This document shows positions 28,091-39,700 of a DNA stretch of 64,000 bases, piece by piece. Below the pieces are notes generated by a model. The model saw nothing but the letters and a program-made list of their open reading frames with translations. It was not told the DNA's origin and did no database searches. A program made the position numbers and the translations under genes. This DNA is from a virus. The stretch lies in IMG/VR virus record IMGVR_UViG_3300037189_023236, one strand, 5' to 3'. The stretch's first letter is position 1, and each line of letters opens with the position of its first letter.

Positions 28091-28491
28091 GAACTTCAGA
28101 TGGCGATACCCGCGGAGAAAGTGCTACCACTTTCCTTGACCCTGTGATCCGCTTATTAGGCTACGCATACCATTCGGCGCAACTTGTTAACGCTGATCAG
28201 GCGTTAACTTATTGGGCTAGTGATATGCCGCAGGATTTTCACCTGCACCCCCCGCTCTCCTAAGTCGTGGTTAGTCGAGGATAGACCATTGGCGTCTGTG
28301 TACCCTAGCACTAAGCGTGGCCGGGCGCGTGGTCGCTACTCCACACACAGACTCAAGTGCCTTAGCACCTACCCTCACAGAATTCAACCACCAAGGTTGC
28401 TCCCGACCCCTTGCGGAATCGGCCTCAGTGTGCGTGCACCTAGAGATAGGGTCATCTCACACGCTTCTGCGGATACCGCCATCTGAAGTTC
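28091..28491 (-). ncRNA. Candidate large structured non-coding RNA (~400 nt), family not recognised
   Basis: 23-bp closing stem with two G-U pairs only on the minus strand; GCAA tetraloop, T-loop hairpin and at least six further helices; no credible ORF. Confidence 0.7.
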
Positions 28492-28561
28492 AACTCAAAA
28501 GTCGCTGACGACAATCGATAGGAACAACTAATATGCCAGCATTTTGGCAAAAATTTAGCAG

Positions 28562-28864
28562 TCAGAAAGTGACCTGGCTAATCTGCCCAGTCGCCGACGC
28601 CTGTACGATTGTGATCGACTTTGTGTCGAGTAGTCGTTTGAGTTCTTCTTTTTTTTCTGCGCTCAGTGACACTAGGCAGTTTTTAATGTTGGCCAGCGCG
28701 GTACGTTGCGCATCAGCACGCCGGCGGGCGCACGCGCCGCAGCCTGTTTTCGCTGGAGCTATTGCTGTTTTCTGATTGAACAGGCACGGAATCGCCGCCG
28801 TAAATTTTTCGTCGTTTACCATGGCTGCGATCGTACTGTCTTCAATTACAACTATTTCACGCAT
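28562..28864 (-). CDS. Hypothetical protein with GCGAC motif
   Basis: ORF track; end of the structural operon. Confidence 0.7.
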   Translation of the reverse strand: MREIVVIEDSTIAAMVNDEKFTAAIPCLFNQKTAIAPAKTGCGACARRRADAQRTALANIKNCLVSLSAEKKEELKRLLDTKSITIVQASATGQISQVTF

Positions 28865-28876
28865 GGGCTTCTCGCA

Positions 28877-29482
28877 TTAGCCTGAGCTAGAAGAACTAGA
28901 GCTTGAACTTGCAATCGCGCTAGAACTCGAGCTGCTGGAGCTGGCGCTAGAACTAGAGCTAGAGCTTGTTGTCGTCGCTCCGAACGTAATTTCGCCAGCC
29001 GGGAAAATACGATCTGTAGCGTCAAGCGTTCGTTTTAGATAGTAGACGTCTTCCGCCACTTCGCGGATAAATATGTGCGCCTCTGTCCGAGAGCGCAGCA
29101 CTATGTCTACATAATTCAGTCTAAACCACGCCGGCTGCGCGCCCACGATTGGTGTTGTTTCTGGAAATTCTTCTAAATCCGACGGCGAGCATACGTGATT
29201 GAACGTCGCGACGCGCGACTCCGCGCCAGGCACGAGCGGCTGCAGTAGATACGCAAATATTGTCGTCGGCATGTTTTCGCCGTCAAGCGCCTCGATTCTT
29301 ACGCGTACGCCGTCAGTTTGATTCAACTGATACGCACTAGCCAGCCACGTTAATTTAATACTGCGCGCTGTGATTCCATCGCTAATCTGCAACGGCATAG
29401 GGACGTTTTTTGCAAAATCGTCGCCTAGAGTATTGTCTAGATTAACAAGATCGTTATCTGCCGGTAGATTATTGCAAGACAT
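28877..29482 (-). CDS. Probable virion structural protein with poly-Ser tail
   Basis: F.HVCSP.DLEE.P..P.WFR...D motif; Ser-rich C-terminus. Confidence 0.65.
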   Translation of the reverse strand: MSCNNLPADNDLVNLDNTLGDDFAKNVPMPLQISDGITARSIKLTWLASAYQLNQTDGVRVRIEALDGENMPTTIFAYLLQPLVPGAESRVATFNHVCSPSDLEEFPETTPIVGAQPAWFRLNYVDIVLRSRTEAHIFIREVAEDVYYLKRTLDATDRIFPAGEITFGATTTSSSSSSSASSSSSSSSAIASSSSSSSSSG

Positions 29483-29508
29483 ATGGCGGGCTCACTGTGT
29501 CGCGACGG

Positions 29509-30030
29509 TTATTGCGCTTCTTTCGCCTTTTTCGCTGACTTGATGGCTTTTTGTATCAGCAATTTTGCAGGCCATTCAAAAAACGGCAGATTGCGGCGCT
29601 CAGCTTCTTCTTTTAACCACCCTATGATTGTAGTCAAATTTGCTTCGCACCACTCTACGCCCATTTCATCCATGTGCCGAGCTTTTGCGTTGCATGAGCA
29701 CGTTGGTGTGGAAGTTATGCCAATTCTGCTTAGATACTTTTTGAGATACGTGCCTGGCCCTGGTGGCGGCGCGGGAGCAGCAAATGGGTCCGGTAGTCCG
29801 GCTGTCGGGTCGTTAACTGCGTCCGCGCTAGTCGTTTGCCCTGTAGCCGCGGCCTGATTGTCGGGATTGTGCGGGCAATTTGCCTTAATGTGCTCAATTG
29901 CAACAAGTAAGCCGCTTTCCGGTACGGCTGCCGGCACTGTGATTGCGTGTCCGCATGTTTGACAACGGCGGCACGTGTACTGCCCAACCAAGTTCTCGGG
30001 GCACGGATCCGGTTCAAATCGGCAAGACAT
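29509..30030 (-). CDS. Cys-rich fibre-associated protein with GPGT.LK..L...GI....CSC..MD..G..WC motif
   Basis: Motif recalled from planctomycete-associated phage tail regions; AGGAG RBS. Confidence 0.6.
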   Translation of the reverse strand: MSCRFEPDPCPENLVGQYTCRRCQTCGHAITVPAAVPESGLLVAIEHIKANCPHNPDNQAAATGQTTSADAVNDPTAGLPDPFAAPAPPPGPGTYLKKYLSRIGITSTPTCSCNAKARHMDEMGVEWCEANLTTIIGWLKEEAERRNLPFFEWPAKLLIQKAIKSAKKAKEAQ

Positions 30031-30066
30031 ATCGCGCTCCTCTTACGAAACTGCCATACCCGCCGA

Positions 30067-30093
30067 ATTGTATCAAATAGCGCGATTTTGCAA
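30067..30093 (-). promoter_or_regulatory. Extended -10 sigma70-like promoter
   Basis: TGA-TACAAT with TTGCAA upstream. Confidence 0.45.
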
Positions 30094-30106
30094 AGGGCGA
30101 TTGCGG

Positions 30107-32446
30107 TTATGGACGGCAAGCCCAATACCACGTTTGATTTTGGTATCCGGGCCCGTAGCAGCCCATCGACCCGGCAGTGCATTGACAGCCGGGCGGGCAG
30201 CCGCTGTCAAAAAACGGATTTGTACCGCCAAATTGCCCATAACCGTTTCCGTCGCAGCGGTATGAGCATAGATTTCCGCCTTCGCAGTGCCCGGGCGGTG
30301 TAGGCGTCGGAGTTGGGGTGGGCGCGGCGACACAAACAGCGCGGCAATCGGCAAGCGTGTAGAAATATGTGACGTAATCCGGCAGCGGCGAGGTCAGGTA
30401 GCTACTGCACGCGCCGTTGATGCAGCGGTAATATGTGCAATTTGGCAATCCGGCGTTCGGATAACCGCTCGTACTGCACGCGATCCGGTAGCTGGTTGCC
30501 CCGCTGCAGACAACAGTAGATATATTTGACGAGTACTTGCCGTATTGCTGGCTTGGCGTGCCGTTTACGTATCTAACAGAGCAATACCAGCATGTTGCGG
30601 TCGGTACGGGAGGATACGCAGGATATGAGCCTGTCTGGCAAACTACGTTAACGTCGCATTCGCTGAATGTTGCGTTGTAACCGCGCGTATACTGCGTTTT
30701 AACGCCCGTTTTAGTTGTTTGGCTGCAGTACCAAATTGGAGTTGGCGTTGGCGTAGGCGTCCTAGTTGGCGTGGGTGTAGGTGTGCGCGTTGGTGTTGGG
30801 GTTGGGGTTGGGGTTGGCGGCCTGGGGGTGGGTGTTCTTGTCGGGGTTGGAGTTGGCGTGGGCGTGCGCGTCGGAGTAGGCGTAGGAGTCGGGCATGCTG
30901 ATACGATAACTGTATTTGATAGCGCGCTATTCGCAGTGGCGCTGCACGTTCCGGGTGCCGTTAAAACTACACCGTAATATCTCCACGATCCGGCGGGCGG
31001 AAAATCTGCAATTGTAAATTCTCCGGCGTCATGGTCGGCGTATCCAACAAACGTACCGCCGATCGCCGTTAGTGTTGTACCCGTCACTCTGTATATGGCA
31101 ATTTTTCTTGCAGCTGCGTTGCCGTTTCTATTTAACGTGGTATCGAGCGCGACGAACTGACAACCCGCTACAAACGGTAAAACCTGGGCACTCATTCTTT
31201 GCGCTGGAATTGTGATAGGCCAAACATTACTATACGCAGACGCGCCGCGAATTGCGTCTTGAACGTACATCCTAAAAAACACAGACTTGCCCACGTAAAA
31301 ATCAAGAGCCGTTCCGGATAAATTCGCCGGGCTGGTAGGCGCGCCAGTCCAAACACGCGTCCAACTGACGTTGTTTTCTGATATCTCAAAATGAACAAGA
31401 GACGGCGACGTCGAATTGCCAATAATAAATGATGCGGTTATGCGTAAGCTTTCTTCGCACGACGGCGCCGACATTCCTGTAATAGTCGGCGGAGAAAGCG
31501 TAGGCGTAGGTGTCGGCGTTGGAGTTCGCGTCGGAGTTGGCGTAGGCGTACTAGTCGGAACGGGTGTTGGCGTCCTCGTCGGTGTTGGCGTTGGCGTGCG
31601 CGTAGGTGTCGGGGTCGGCGTGGGCGTTGGCGTAGGTGGAATAGGTGTAGGCGTAGGTGTTCTAGTTGGCGTCGGCGTGGGCGTCGGTGTTGGTGTCCTA
31701 GTTGGTGTAGGTGTAGGTGTTGGTGTTGGTGTGGGCGGTACCGGGGTATTAGTTGGAGTCGGTGTTGGTGTTCTAGTCGGAGTCGGCGTGGGCGTCGGCG
31801 TTGGAGTTCGCGTCGGAGTTGGCGTAGGCGTACTAGTCGGAACGGGTGTTGGCGTATTAGTTGGCGTTGGTGTTGGTGTGAGTGTTGGCGTGGGTGTTGG
31901 CGTATTAGTTGGCGTTGGTGTCGGCGTGGGTGTTAGCGTCGGGGTTGGTGTCGGGGTGCATGAGACGCATGTGAAATTTTCATACGTAAGCCCACCGTTG
32001 CTGCACCGGACAGTAACGCCGCCGTTACAGCAATTTGGCTCGCAATTGCCAGCGACGTATGTTTCTTTTTTGTGATTTAGCGCCGGGATGTTGTAGCTGC
32101 AATCTCCATGATACGCGGTTGTTTCTGCGCAATTTTTTATGCAATTATCTTCGCAGTCTTCTAATGTTGTGTAGCTGCCAGTTAAGTCATCTCTGTGTAC
32201 GCATTCCGCGTTTTCACATTCGTAGCTATGCGGCGGTGGCGAGCAGTCAGCGCACGACTCAACTGGGTTGCCGTTTTTCTCTGTTACGCACTCGCCGGCG
32301 GAGTTGCAATAAATGAGCGTTACAGGCTCGGACGGCGGCGGTGGGCACACATTTGGATTTAAAACCGGATTAGGGCTGGCCGCGGTGCCAGCGTCTAAGC
32401 TCGCTATGCGCATGATTCGGCGCTGTTTTATGTTGCGCTGTGACAT
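30107..32446 (-). CDS. Cys-rich, Pro-Thr-repeat fibre/decoration protein with Ig/FN3-like middle region
   Basis: Three PT tracts and Y.C....C...Y.TL.DC...C repeats; no signal peptide. Confidence 0.7.
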   Translation of the reverse strand: MSQRNIKQRRIMRIASLDAGTAASPNPVLNPNVCPPPPSEPVTLIYCNSAGECVTEKNGNPVESCADCSPPPHSYECENAECVHRDDLTGSYTTLEDCEDNCIKNCAETTAYHGDCSYNIPALNHKKETYVAGNCEPNCCNGGVTVRCSNGGLTYENFTCVSCTPTPTPTLTPTPTPTPTNTPTPTPTLTPTPTPTNTPTPVPTSTPTPTPTRTPTPTPTPTPTRTPTPTPTNTPVPPTPTPTPTPTPTRTPTPTPTPTPTRTPTPTPIPPTPTPTPTPTPTRTPTPTPTRTPTPVPTSTPTPTPTRTPTPTPTPTLSPPTITGMSAPSCEESLRITASFIIGNSTSPSLVHFEISENNVSWTRVWTGAPTSPANLSGTALDFYVGKSVFFRMYVQDAIRGASAYSNVWPITIPAQRMSAQVLPFVAGCQFVALDTTLNRNGNAAARKIAIYRVTGTTLTAIGGTFVGYADHDAGEFTIADFPPAGSWRYYGVVLTAPGTCSATANSALSNTVIVSACPTPTPTPTRTPTPTPTPTRTPTPRPPTPTPTPTPTRTPTPTPTRTPTPTPTPIWYCSQTTKTGVKTQYTRGYNATFSECDVNVVCQTGSYPAYPPVPTATCWYCSVRYVNGTPSQQYGKYSSNISTVVCSGATSYRIACSTSGYPNAGLPNCTYYRCINGACSSYLTSPLPDYVTYFYTLADCRAVCVAAPTPTPTPTPPGHCEGGNLCSYRCDGNGYGQFGGTNPFFDSGCPPGCQCTAGSMGCYGPGYQNQTWYWACRP

Positions 32447-32452
32447 AGCTGA

Positions 32453-35400
32453 TTAAGGTAGTGTAATTACAGGGAGCGCGGCTGTGTTTGGGCCGCATAA
32501 ATCGCGAAAACCGACGCTATTTGAATTACTCGGTGTAATAGCGGTAACTAGATCTAGCGTCGTGATTGTATTGGTGGTTATGTCGTGCGTATACCATTGA
32601 CCCGCGATTATGTTGTGCAGATACACAAGGTTGTACGCTGCGTTAAACGATACTTGCATGCCGGCCATACCGCTTTTTAACAACGTAAAAGACGCGTTTG
32701 GCGTATTCACGTTTAATGTGTACATGTACCCGGTGTTTGTACTGGCGTATAGTAGGCCAGTGTTTGGGTTGATAGCAAAGTCGCCAAATCGGTTGTCGAT
32801 ACTGGTTTGCACATTTGTTTGAATTATTTGCGGCTGCCCGGCAGTTACGCTTGCGCCGTAGGTCAGCGGTATTTTTATCAGCTCACGCGAGTTTCTTACG
32901 CCAGTGTAACTAGTGGCTTTCGGGTAAAAAAACCACACAGCGTTATTGTAATATGCCGCGCCAGCCGGTACTTCTGTTAAGTCAATGACGGCGGCGTTTA
33001 TCGTTATTTTTGTGAACGTATTGGCTGGGATATTCCATAAATACATATCGCCGGGGACAGCGCCGTCAAATACGAATAAATGCTGGCGCGCTGGGTCAAA
33101 AGCCAATGCGTTTGGCGACGTCGTTAGCATTGTTTTACGGACGGGCGAGCTCGTTTTTGCCGCTGGATTTATCTGCCAAATTACGCCGTTGTTGTCGACG
33201 CCGTATACGTACGTATTGACTGAAAGCTCTTCGGCCACGCGAAAACCTAAAAATCGCGTAGAGTGCGTTGCGGCTCTGTATGTTGGCGGGCTGGCTGCGT
33301 TAAACGTCTCGCCAAGTGCCGTAAAACCTCCCGACATTATCGGCACCTGCCCGTCGACAATAGTATCTGTCCACTCAGCTAAATTGCCTACCATGTCTAA
33401 TCCGCCATAGTACGATTGCGATCCGGCGCCAAACGTGCCGACGGGTGTTGAGTCGCCGATACCGCCTTCAATATTTGCGGTGTTTGTTTGCGCAGTTGGA
33501 CTTGTGGCTACAGTCGGTTTTGTATCGGTGCCGGTGCCCCACGTGTAATAGCCGCCTATGCCGTTATTTAATAGCGGACTGTAGAATGCGGCTTTGTACC
33601 ACTCGTCACGGCTGGGCAGAAACGCTTTTGCCCCTATATTTCGCGGCACCGGGGTTGTCGTTGTTTTTGTCAGAGTATAAGCGCCGTATTCCGTGCTCGC
33701 CGGGTCGTTTGTCATGCCGTTATGCAACCAGTTAGCAAAACGCGCTGCCGACGGCCACGAGACATGGCACACAGGGCGCGATGCAAGCAACGGATCGCTT
33801 ATGTACGAATAATTGCCAACCGTACCGAGTTGCGTGATACCAACAACGCCTTGCGCTAGCGTGTAGATGTTGTTGTCATTTACCCGACCAACCGCATTTA
33901 AAAATTCTACGTACTGCGCTGTAGATATTTCAGTTGCAGATATTTTGTAGCCATACGCAACCGAACCTACCCCGACGTTGTTTGTTTTTGTCGACGGTGG
34001 GTTGCTCAGGTCATACACATTCTTAAACGTTATTGCGTTTTGCAGTGGTTTCGCTATCGGAGTTGGCGTGGGTGTCGGTGTAATTGTTGGCGTGGGTGTA
34101 ATTGTCGGCGTCGGAGTAGGCGTCGGCGTTGCGTTAACGTTCCAAATCAACGCCGCTGTGCCGTGATCCGCCGATATTTGCATGACGTTGTTAAGCAGCA
34201 ATTTACTAGTATTCGGAATTTGCGGTGTTGTCGTATTACGGCCTAGATCGGCGCGATCGCAACCCCACGTAAATACGCCGTCGCGCTCGGCCGCAACACC
34301 GACGACAAAGCCGCTGCCTATTTTGATGTCCGCCCATAAATTTGTGTTTAGCTGTGTCAATACTGGCAGAACTAGTGCGGCACTACTTGTTTGAAATGTC
34401 GTGTAACCAAAAATATTGCACTCGGTGTTCAAACCACAACCCCAAAGTGTTCCATTTCGTTTTATTGCTAGTGTAGTAACCGGCCCGACGCTGACCGTTG
34501 CCCAATCACTATCAGGGCTTAACTGCCTAATATCTCCAACGGAGGTAGCGCGACCGGGAGTGAACACGCCGAGTTGTCTGTACGTATTTTGGCCCCAGCC
34601 CCACAGCGTTCCGTCAGATCTAATAGCTACTACATGCGGGCCGGCGGCTATTTTGGTGTACGTATGCGTACCGATGCGCGCGGGATCGCTGTAAAGAGCG
34701 CCGCCGTCAAGCGAACTTACTCCCCAGTGCCACAGTGAGCCGTCTGTTTTAAGCGCAAACACCTCAGCGTCGGCGCAAACAATTTCGGCCCAGTCTGTAG
34801 CTTCGCTGATTTTTGTAGGTACAAAAACTGATTGATTTTCGGCAATACCGCTTCCGGCTGTTAGTTGCCAATTACGATTTGAGCCCCAGCCCCAAAGCGT
34901 ACCATTCTGTTTTATGGCGAAAGAGCACGTATATCCGGCAGCTACTGCTGCCCAATCGTTGTTTGCGCCCACGCTACTCGGTATTTCAACATTTTCACCT
35001 CGGCCGTATCGTGTAAATAACAGATCGCTACCCAAACCGAGCTGACCGTCCGGCCCGCTACCAAATACAAAAATTGTGCCGTTAGCGCGTAATCCAATTG
35101 TGTGATGATAATTAGCGCTAATTTTTGCCAAATTTAAACTGAATGCCGCGTCGGGTAGGTTCGGCATGTATACAACAGGTATAACTCCGGAAGAAATATC
35201 ACGATAACCTAATGCGTTATTTGTATTTCGACCCCAGACGCGTGCCTGTAAACCGGGTGGTGGTGTGGGTGTAGGTGTCGGCGTCGGCGTATTAGTCGGC
35301 GTTGGTGTAGGTGTGGGTGTTCTTGTCGCGGTTGGTGTCGGTGTGGAGGTTCTAGTCGGTGTAGGTGTGGGTGTAGGCGTAGGTGGTACAGGGGTGTTAG

Positions 35401-36763
35401 TCGGCGTGGGCGTCGGTGTAGGTGTGGGCGTTCTAGTCGGTGTTGGAGTAGGCGTTGGCGTAGGCGGAATAGGCGTCGGAGTTGGCGTCCTAGTTGGCGT
35501 AGGTGTGGGCGTTGGTGTAGGCGGTACGGGCGTCGGAGTGGGCGTCCTAGTTGGTGTCGGTGTGGGGGTTCTAGTCGGTGTTGGAGTGGGCGTGGGTGTT
35601 CTTGTCGGTGTAGGTGTGGGCGTAGGCGTCGGTGTAAGCCCGCTAGCGAAAATACCCAAAGAGAAATCAGTAGAGTGACTAATGCTGACGGCTAAGCACG
35701 TATTTGTGCCAACCATTGCCGGCACTGTAATCGTGGAGCCTGCGAAAGAGCCGAGGCCGAGCTGGCCGAAGGCATTATTGCCCCACATAAATAACCGACC
35801 GTCTGACCGAATAGCTGCGGAAGAATAACGACCAGCGGCTACTCTAGTAAAAACAGTCGGCGAACCAATTGTGACAGGTACAGCAACTTGAGTTGGCGTA
35901 GAGACGTCAAAGGATGTATAACCCAAACCCAATTCGCCGGAAGTGTTTGAACCCCACGCAAATAACACACCGTCTTGTCTAACGGCTATGGCGTAAGTAT
36001 TTCCTTTGACTGACACATCTGCGCAAAAAAGTAATGGACCAACCGGCGACGGAAAATAATTCGGCGCGGTGGCCGTGCTTCTACCAAGCGGAACGCGGTT
36101 GTTGGCGCCCCACGTATACAATTGCCCGTTTTGATCTATAGCCGCTACGGTTGCCTCCGTGCCTGTACTGCACGACACGGCCACAAATCTGTTTAAGCCA
36201 ACAATAGAATTTTGTCCGGCTACTTGAACTGGGTAAACCGCGTAATTGTCTTGGCTTGACGCGAATCCAAGGTTGCCCGTCCCCCATCCGAACAACCTAC
36301 CGTCAGCGCGAATTGCAAATGTGTTTTGATATCCGCAAGACACTGCAATCCAGTTGTCATTGCCTATTTGTATAGGTGTTAATCGCGAAGTGAGCGTACC
36401 GTCGCCGAGCTGTCCGAACGAGTTGGCACCCCACGTGAATAACTTACCGTCGCTGCGAATTGCAGCCATGTGCATATAACCAGCGTCAACAGCGCGCCAG
36501 TTGTCGTTGCCTAATTGTCTAGGTGTTCTTTCAACCCCCGAGGCATCGCTGAACCCTAAAAGATTGTTGCCGGCATTGCCCCATGTAAATAGTTTGCCAG
36601 TGCTGCTTATACCTGCGCCGACCCAAGACCCGGCAGAAATCGCGGACCACGTAGTACCAATTACTTGCGCCGGCGTCGTGCGCGAACCGCCATCGGCGTG
36701 CCCGAGCTGGTACAGCGTATTGGCGCCCCAGGAGTATAAAAAGCCTGGCGTGGTTGTAATCAT
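32453..36763 (-). CDS. Multidomain receptor-binding/fibre protein: RCC1 propeller - PT - RCC1 propeller - PT - FGE/SUMF1 C-type-lectin domain - propeller
   Basis: Repeated I.SDG.LF.WG.N..GQLG; [42 protein letters not shown]. Confidence 0.8.
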   Translation of the reverse strand: MITTTPGFLYSWGANTLYQLGHADGGSRTTPAQVIGTTWSAISAGSWVGAGISSTGKLFTWGNAGNNLLGFSDASGVERTPRQLGNDNWRAVDAGYMHMAAIRSDGKLFTWGANSFGQLGDGTLTSRLTPIQIGNDNWIAVSCGYQNTFAIRADGRLFGWGTGNLGFASSQDNYAVYPVQVAGQNSIVGLNRFVAVSCSTGTEATVAAIDQNGQLYTWGANNRVPLGRSTATAPNYFPSPVGPLLFCADVSVKGNTYAIAVRQDGVLFAWGSNTSGELGLGYTSFDVSTPTQVAVPVTIGSPTVFTRVAAGRYSSAAIRSDGRLFMWGNNAFGQLGLGSFAGSTITVPAMVGTNTCLAVSISHSTDFSLGIFASGLTPTPTPTPTPTRTPTPTPTPTRTPTPTPTRTPTPTPVPPTPTPTPTPTRTPTPTPIPPTPTPTPTPTRTPTPTPTPTPTNTPVPPTPTPTPTPTRTSTPTPTATRTPTPTPTPTNTPTPTPTPTPPPGLQARVWGRNTNNALGYRDISSGVIPVVYMPNLPDAAFSLNLAKISANYHHTIGLRANGTIFVFGSGPDGQLGLGSDLLFTRYGRGENVEIPSSVGANNDWAAVAAGYTCSFAIKQNGTLWGWGSNRNWQLTAGSGIAENQSVFVPTKISEATDWAEIVCADAEVFALKTDGSLWHWGVSSLDGGALYSDPARIGTHTYTKIAAGPHVVAIRSDGTLWGWGQNTYRQLGVFTPGRATSVGDIRQLSPDSDWATVSVGPVTTLAIKRNGTLWGCGLNTECNIFGYTTFQTSSAALVLPVLTQLNTNLWADIKIGSGFVVGVAAERDGVFTWGCDRADLGRNTTTPQIPNTSKLLLNNVMQISADHGTAALIWNVNATPTPTPTPTITPTPTITPTPTPTPIAKPLQNAITFKNVYDLSNPPSTKTNNVGVGSVAYGYKISATEISTAQYVEFLNAVGRVNDNNIYTLAQGVVGITQLGTVGNYSYISDPLLASRPVCHVSWPSAARFANWLHNGMTNDPASTEYGAYTLTKTTTTPVPRNIGAKAFLPSRDEWYKAAFYSPLLNNGIGGYYTWGTGTDTKPTVATSPTAQTNTANIEGGIGDSTPVGTFGAGSQSYYGGLDMVGNLAEWTDTIVDGQVPIMSGGFTALGETFNAASPPTYRAATHSTRFLGFRVAEELSVNTYVYGVDNNGVIWQINPAAKTSSPVRKTMLTTSPNALAFDPARQHLFVFDGAVPGDMYLWNIPANTFTKITINAAVIDLTEVPAGAAYYNNAVWFFYPKATSYTGVRNSRELIKIPLTYGASVTAGQPQIIQTNVQTSIDNRFGDFAINPNTGLLYASTNTGYMYTLNVNTPNASFTLLKSGMAGMQVSFNAAYNLVYLHNIIAGQWYTHDITTNTITTLDLVTAITPSNSNSVGFRDLCGPNTAALPVITLP

Positions 36764-36784
36764 TTTTAGACCTGCGTCATGCTA

Positions 36785-39700
36785 TTACGGGCAGCTCAAA
36801 GTCAAACCTGGGCCGGCCATATTCGGGTATGAAAGCGCTGTTACTCGATACGTCCCGCTTACGATCGCCGTATTGATATTTGGAAAACCGCTGATAGTAA
36901 CCAACTCGTTTAGCATAAACGGTATGCTGTTGCTCGGCGCGGGCTGATTCACGCCGTAATAAGTGTAAAACCAGACGCCCTGCGGCGTAGGCGAATACCC
37001 GCTCAGCGCCCAGAACGATCTGTGAATGCCCACAGAATCAAGCCCAGCGACGCGTTTGGCGCCAGATGTTAAACCTATAATTTGATAACCGCCTCCGCCG
37101 CCGCTCGACCCGAACCACCATGTATTTAAAGTGCATGGCGCAAACGTCGGTGTTGGCGTAGGCGTTCTAGTCGGCGTTGGCGTGGGTGTACGCGTTGGAG
37201 TGGGCGTTGGTGTAGGCGGTACGGGCGTCGGGGTTGGCGTCCTAGTTGGTGTAGGCGTGGGTGTAGGTGTTGGTGTTCTCGTTGGTGTAGGTGTGGGTGT
37301 AGGCGTAGGCGGAATAGGCGTATTAGTCGGTGTTGGCGTGGGTGTTCTTGTCGGTGTAGGTGTAGGCGTCCTGGTTGCTGTAGGCGTAGGCGTGGGCGTC
37401 GGAGTGGGCGTGGGCGGTACAGGCGTGTTAGTCGGCGTTGGTGTCGGTGTTCTAGTCGGCGTCGGAGTGGGTGACGGTGTTGGCGTTGGTGTAGCTGTAG
37501 GCGGAATTGGCGTTGCCGTAGGCGTCGGAGTTGGTGTACGGGTTGGAGTAGGCGTAGGTGTGGGCGTCCTAGTCGGCGTAGGTGTTGGTGTAGGCGGCAC
37601 CGGAGTATTAGTTGGAGTCGGTGTCGGTGTTGGCGTAGGTGTAAACGTTGGCGTGGGCGTCGGTGTCGCGCAAGACGGCGTTACTACCGTTACGGTATTT
37701 GACGGCGCGCTGGGTATGCCGCTGCAATTTACGACAGTTATATTAAACACAGCGGTTGTTTCGCACGGCAATGCTATCGTGTACTGCTGCCCGTCTGTTA
37801 CGTCAATCGATACCCATCGCGAATTGATGAATTGATTAATCTTGTAATATTCCACAGGGCAGCTTGGACTTACAGCTTGCGTCCAGCTCAACGTGGCTAA
37901 ACCGGTGACAGCGTTATAAATCGCGGTTAGTGTTACGGTGCCGGGCGGTACGGGCGTGGCTGTCGGCGTCGGCGTGGCCGTAGGCGTAGGCGTGGGCGTT
38001 CTCGTTGGCGTTGGCGTCGGGGTGGGTGTGGGCGTAGGCGTGTTCGTCGGCGCCGCTGAGCTACTGCTGCTGCTACTGCTGCTGCGGCTACTACTGCTGC
38101 GGCTACTACTACTGCTGCTGCTGCTACTGCTGCTAGAGCTATTTCCAGGTACGACGACAGTCACGCTTCCGCCGCATTCTGTGTCTGTTAAACCAGCACA
38201 ATTGGTGGCTGTAGCGCAAAACGGGAAAAAATATCTACCGGCCGGCGCCGTGTCGAAGTCTAAACCGAGCGCTTCAAGTAACTGCGTCGCCGTAACGATA
38301 AATGTCCGCGGATTATCTGCTGCAAGTATTTCGCCATTTGCTACGGTTATTGCGTTGGCACCTGTTGTGTATATTCTGTATGTTGTTTTTTGCCGTTCCG
38401 CGTAAAACGGATCTGCGGCTGCAATTTGAATCATGAAAGAATCATTGCGGCCGAGCTGACTAAGAAACTGCCCCGTCGACCGCACGCGAATGCCGATAGT
38501 CGTCGGCACTGTCGCAGTGCAGTTGCCAGACGAGCTGCTAGAGCTGCTACTGCTGCTAGATCTACTTGAACTGCTACTGCTAGATTTGCTCGAGCTGCTG
38601 CTACTTGATTTGCTAGAGCTACTTCCAGACGATGCGCTGCTTTGCGCGCTAGAACTGGTAGAGCTGAAATCTTCCGGGCACGGAAGCGTGGCCGACGGCC
38701 GCCCATAACGTGGTTCAAATAAATCGTTGTTAGTCGGAAGGCCTACCCACTGGCACGTATCCCGATCAACTATGTAGGTGTAAACGCGTTTTAATACAGG
38801 CGTGCCAAATTTTGGATGTGGTTTTTCGCAATACTCAAATTTGGCGCGCGTCTTTGCGCAAGAAAATCCGCCAACGCCGCCGACGTCGCCGTATGAAACT
38901 TCCGTAAATACGTTGTAACCGAACAAATTTTGCATTTTTGACGGAGGAAGTTCGATTGCCGCGCAATCGCATCCGCCGCCACCGCCACCGCCTCCACCAC
39001 CGCCGCCGCCGTCACTGCTCCCGGGATCGCAACTGGGCTTGAACATGAACGTAAATGGCGCCCATTCGCATTTTGCCGGGTTAAACGTGTACATCGTTAA
39101 CCCGAGTTGCGTGCCGTCTTCGCAAAGAATCATTCCGCCAACCGGGGGCGGCAAAATCGGGTAACAGTTGCCGCCATCAGGCGGTGTTGCTGTCGCGCAT
39201 TGCTTATTGCACTCAGCTTCTGTCGCATACTGACCGGCGTTGCCCTCGACGACAACGCAGCCGTTATTGCCGCAAGAATAAGATACGTCTACGCATTGTC
39301 CGTTGATTATTGTTTTCCCGGGCGGGCAGCCGCAGCTGCAATCTTGTAGCCGTACAGAACCCGGCGGACACTTATCTACGCAAACGCCGTTTGGAAAAAG
39401 CGGGTTAGATGTGCACAGCTCGGTGTCGGCGTCTGGGCCATTTGGACACGGTTCGCATTTGCGCACGCCCTCGACAAAAGAACTTTTAAATTCTGGCTTG
39501 CACACGCACTGACAACCAGGAACGCCCAAAGTGCCCGCGGTGATGAATACTTGATTTTCTGGGCAAACGGTGCTGACGCATTTGCCGTTGCATTTTTTAA
39601 ATGTCGGCGCTTCGCATTTCACGCATACGGGCGAATTTTTGTCGTCTCCGGGCTTTTCGGTGCCAAGATTGTCTGGGCAAACGCATATCCCGTCGGCGTT

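Noticed and set aside
28091-28491. Known identities for the RNA: cobalamin/FMN riboswitch, tmRNA, RNase P, group I/II intron, omega RNA, CsrB-like sponge, MITE
   Set aside because: The T-loop is present, but I see no B12 box, acceptor stem/CCA, RNase P P4 strands, domain V or P7 core. There are only about five GGA motifs. There is no target-site duplication, and the strand-specific G-U pairs argue against a DNA element. The small ORFs here look spurious.
33200-34000. Diversity-generating retroelement target (FGE/C-lectin fold)
   Set aside because: No reverse transcriptase and no adenine-variant TR/VR repeat pair were seen in the window; the domain is also internal. It cannot be excluded genome-wide.
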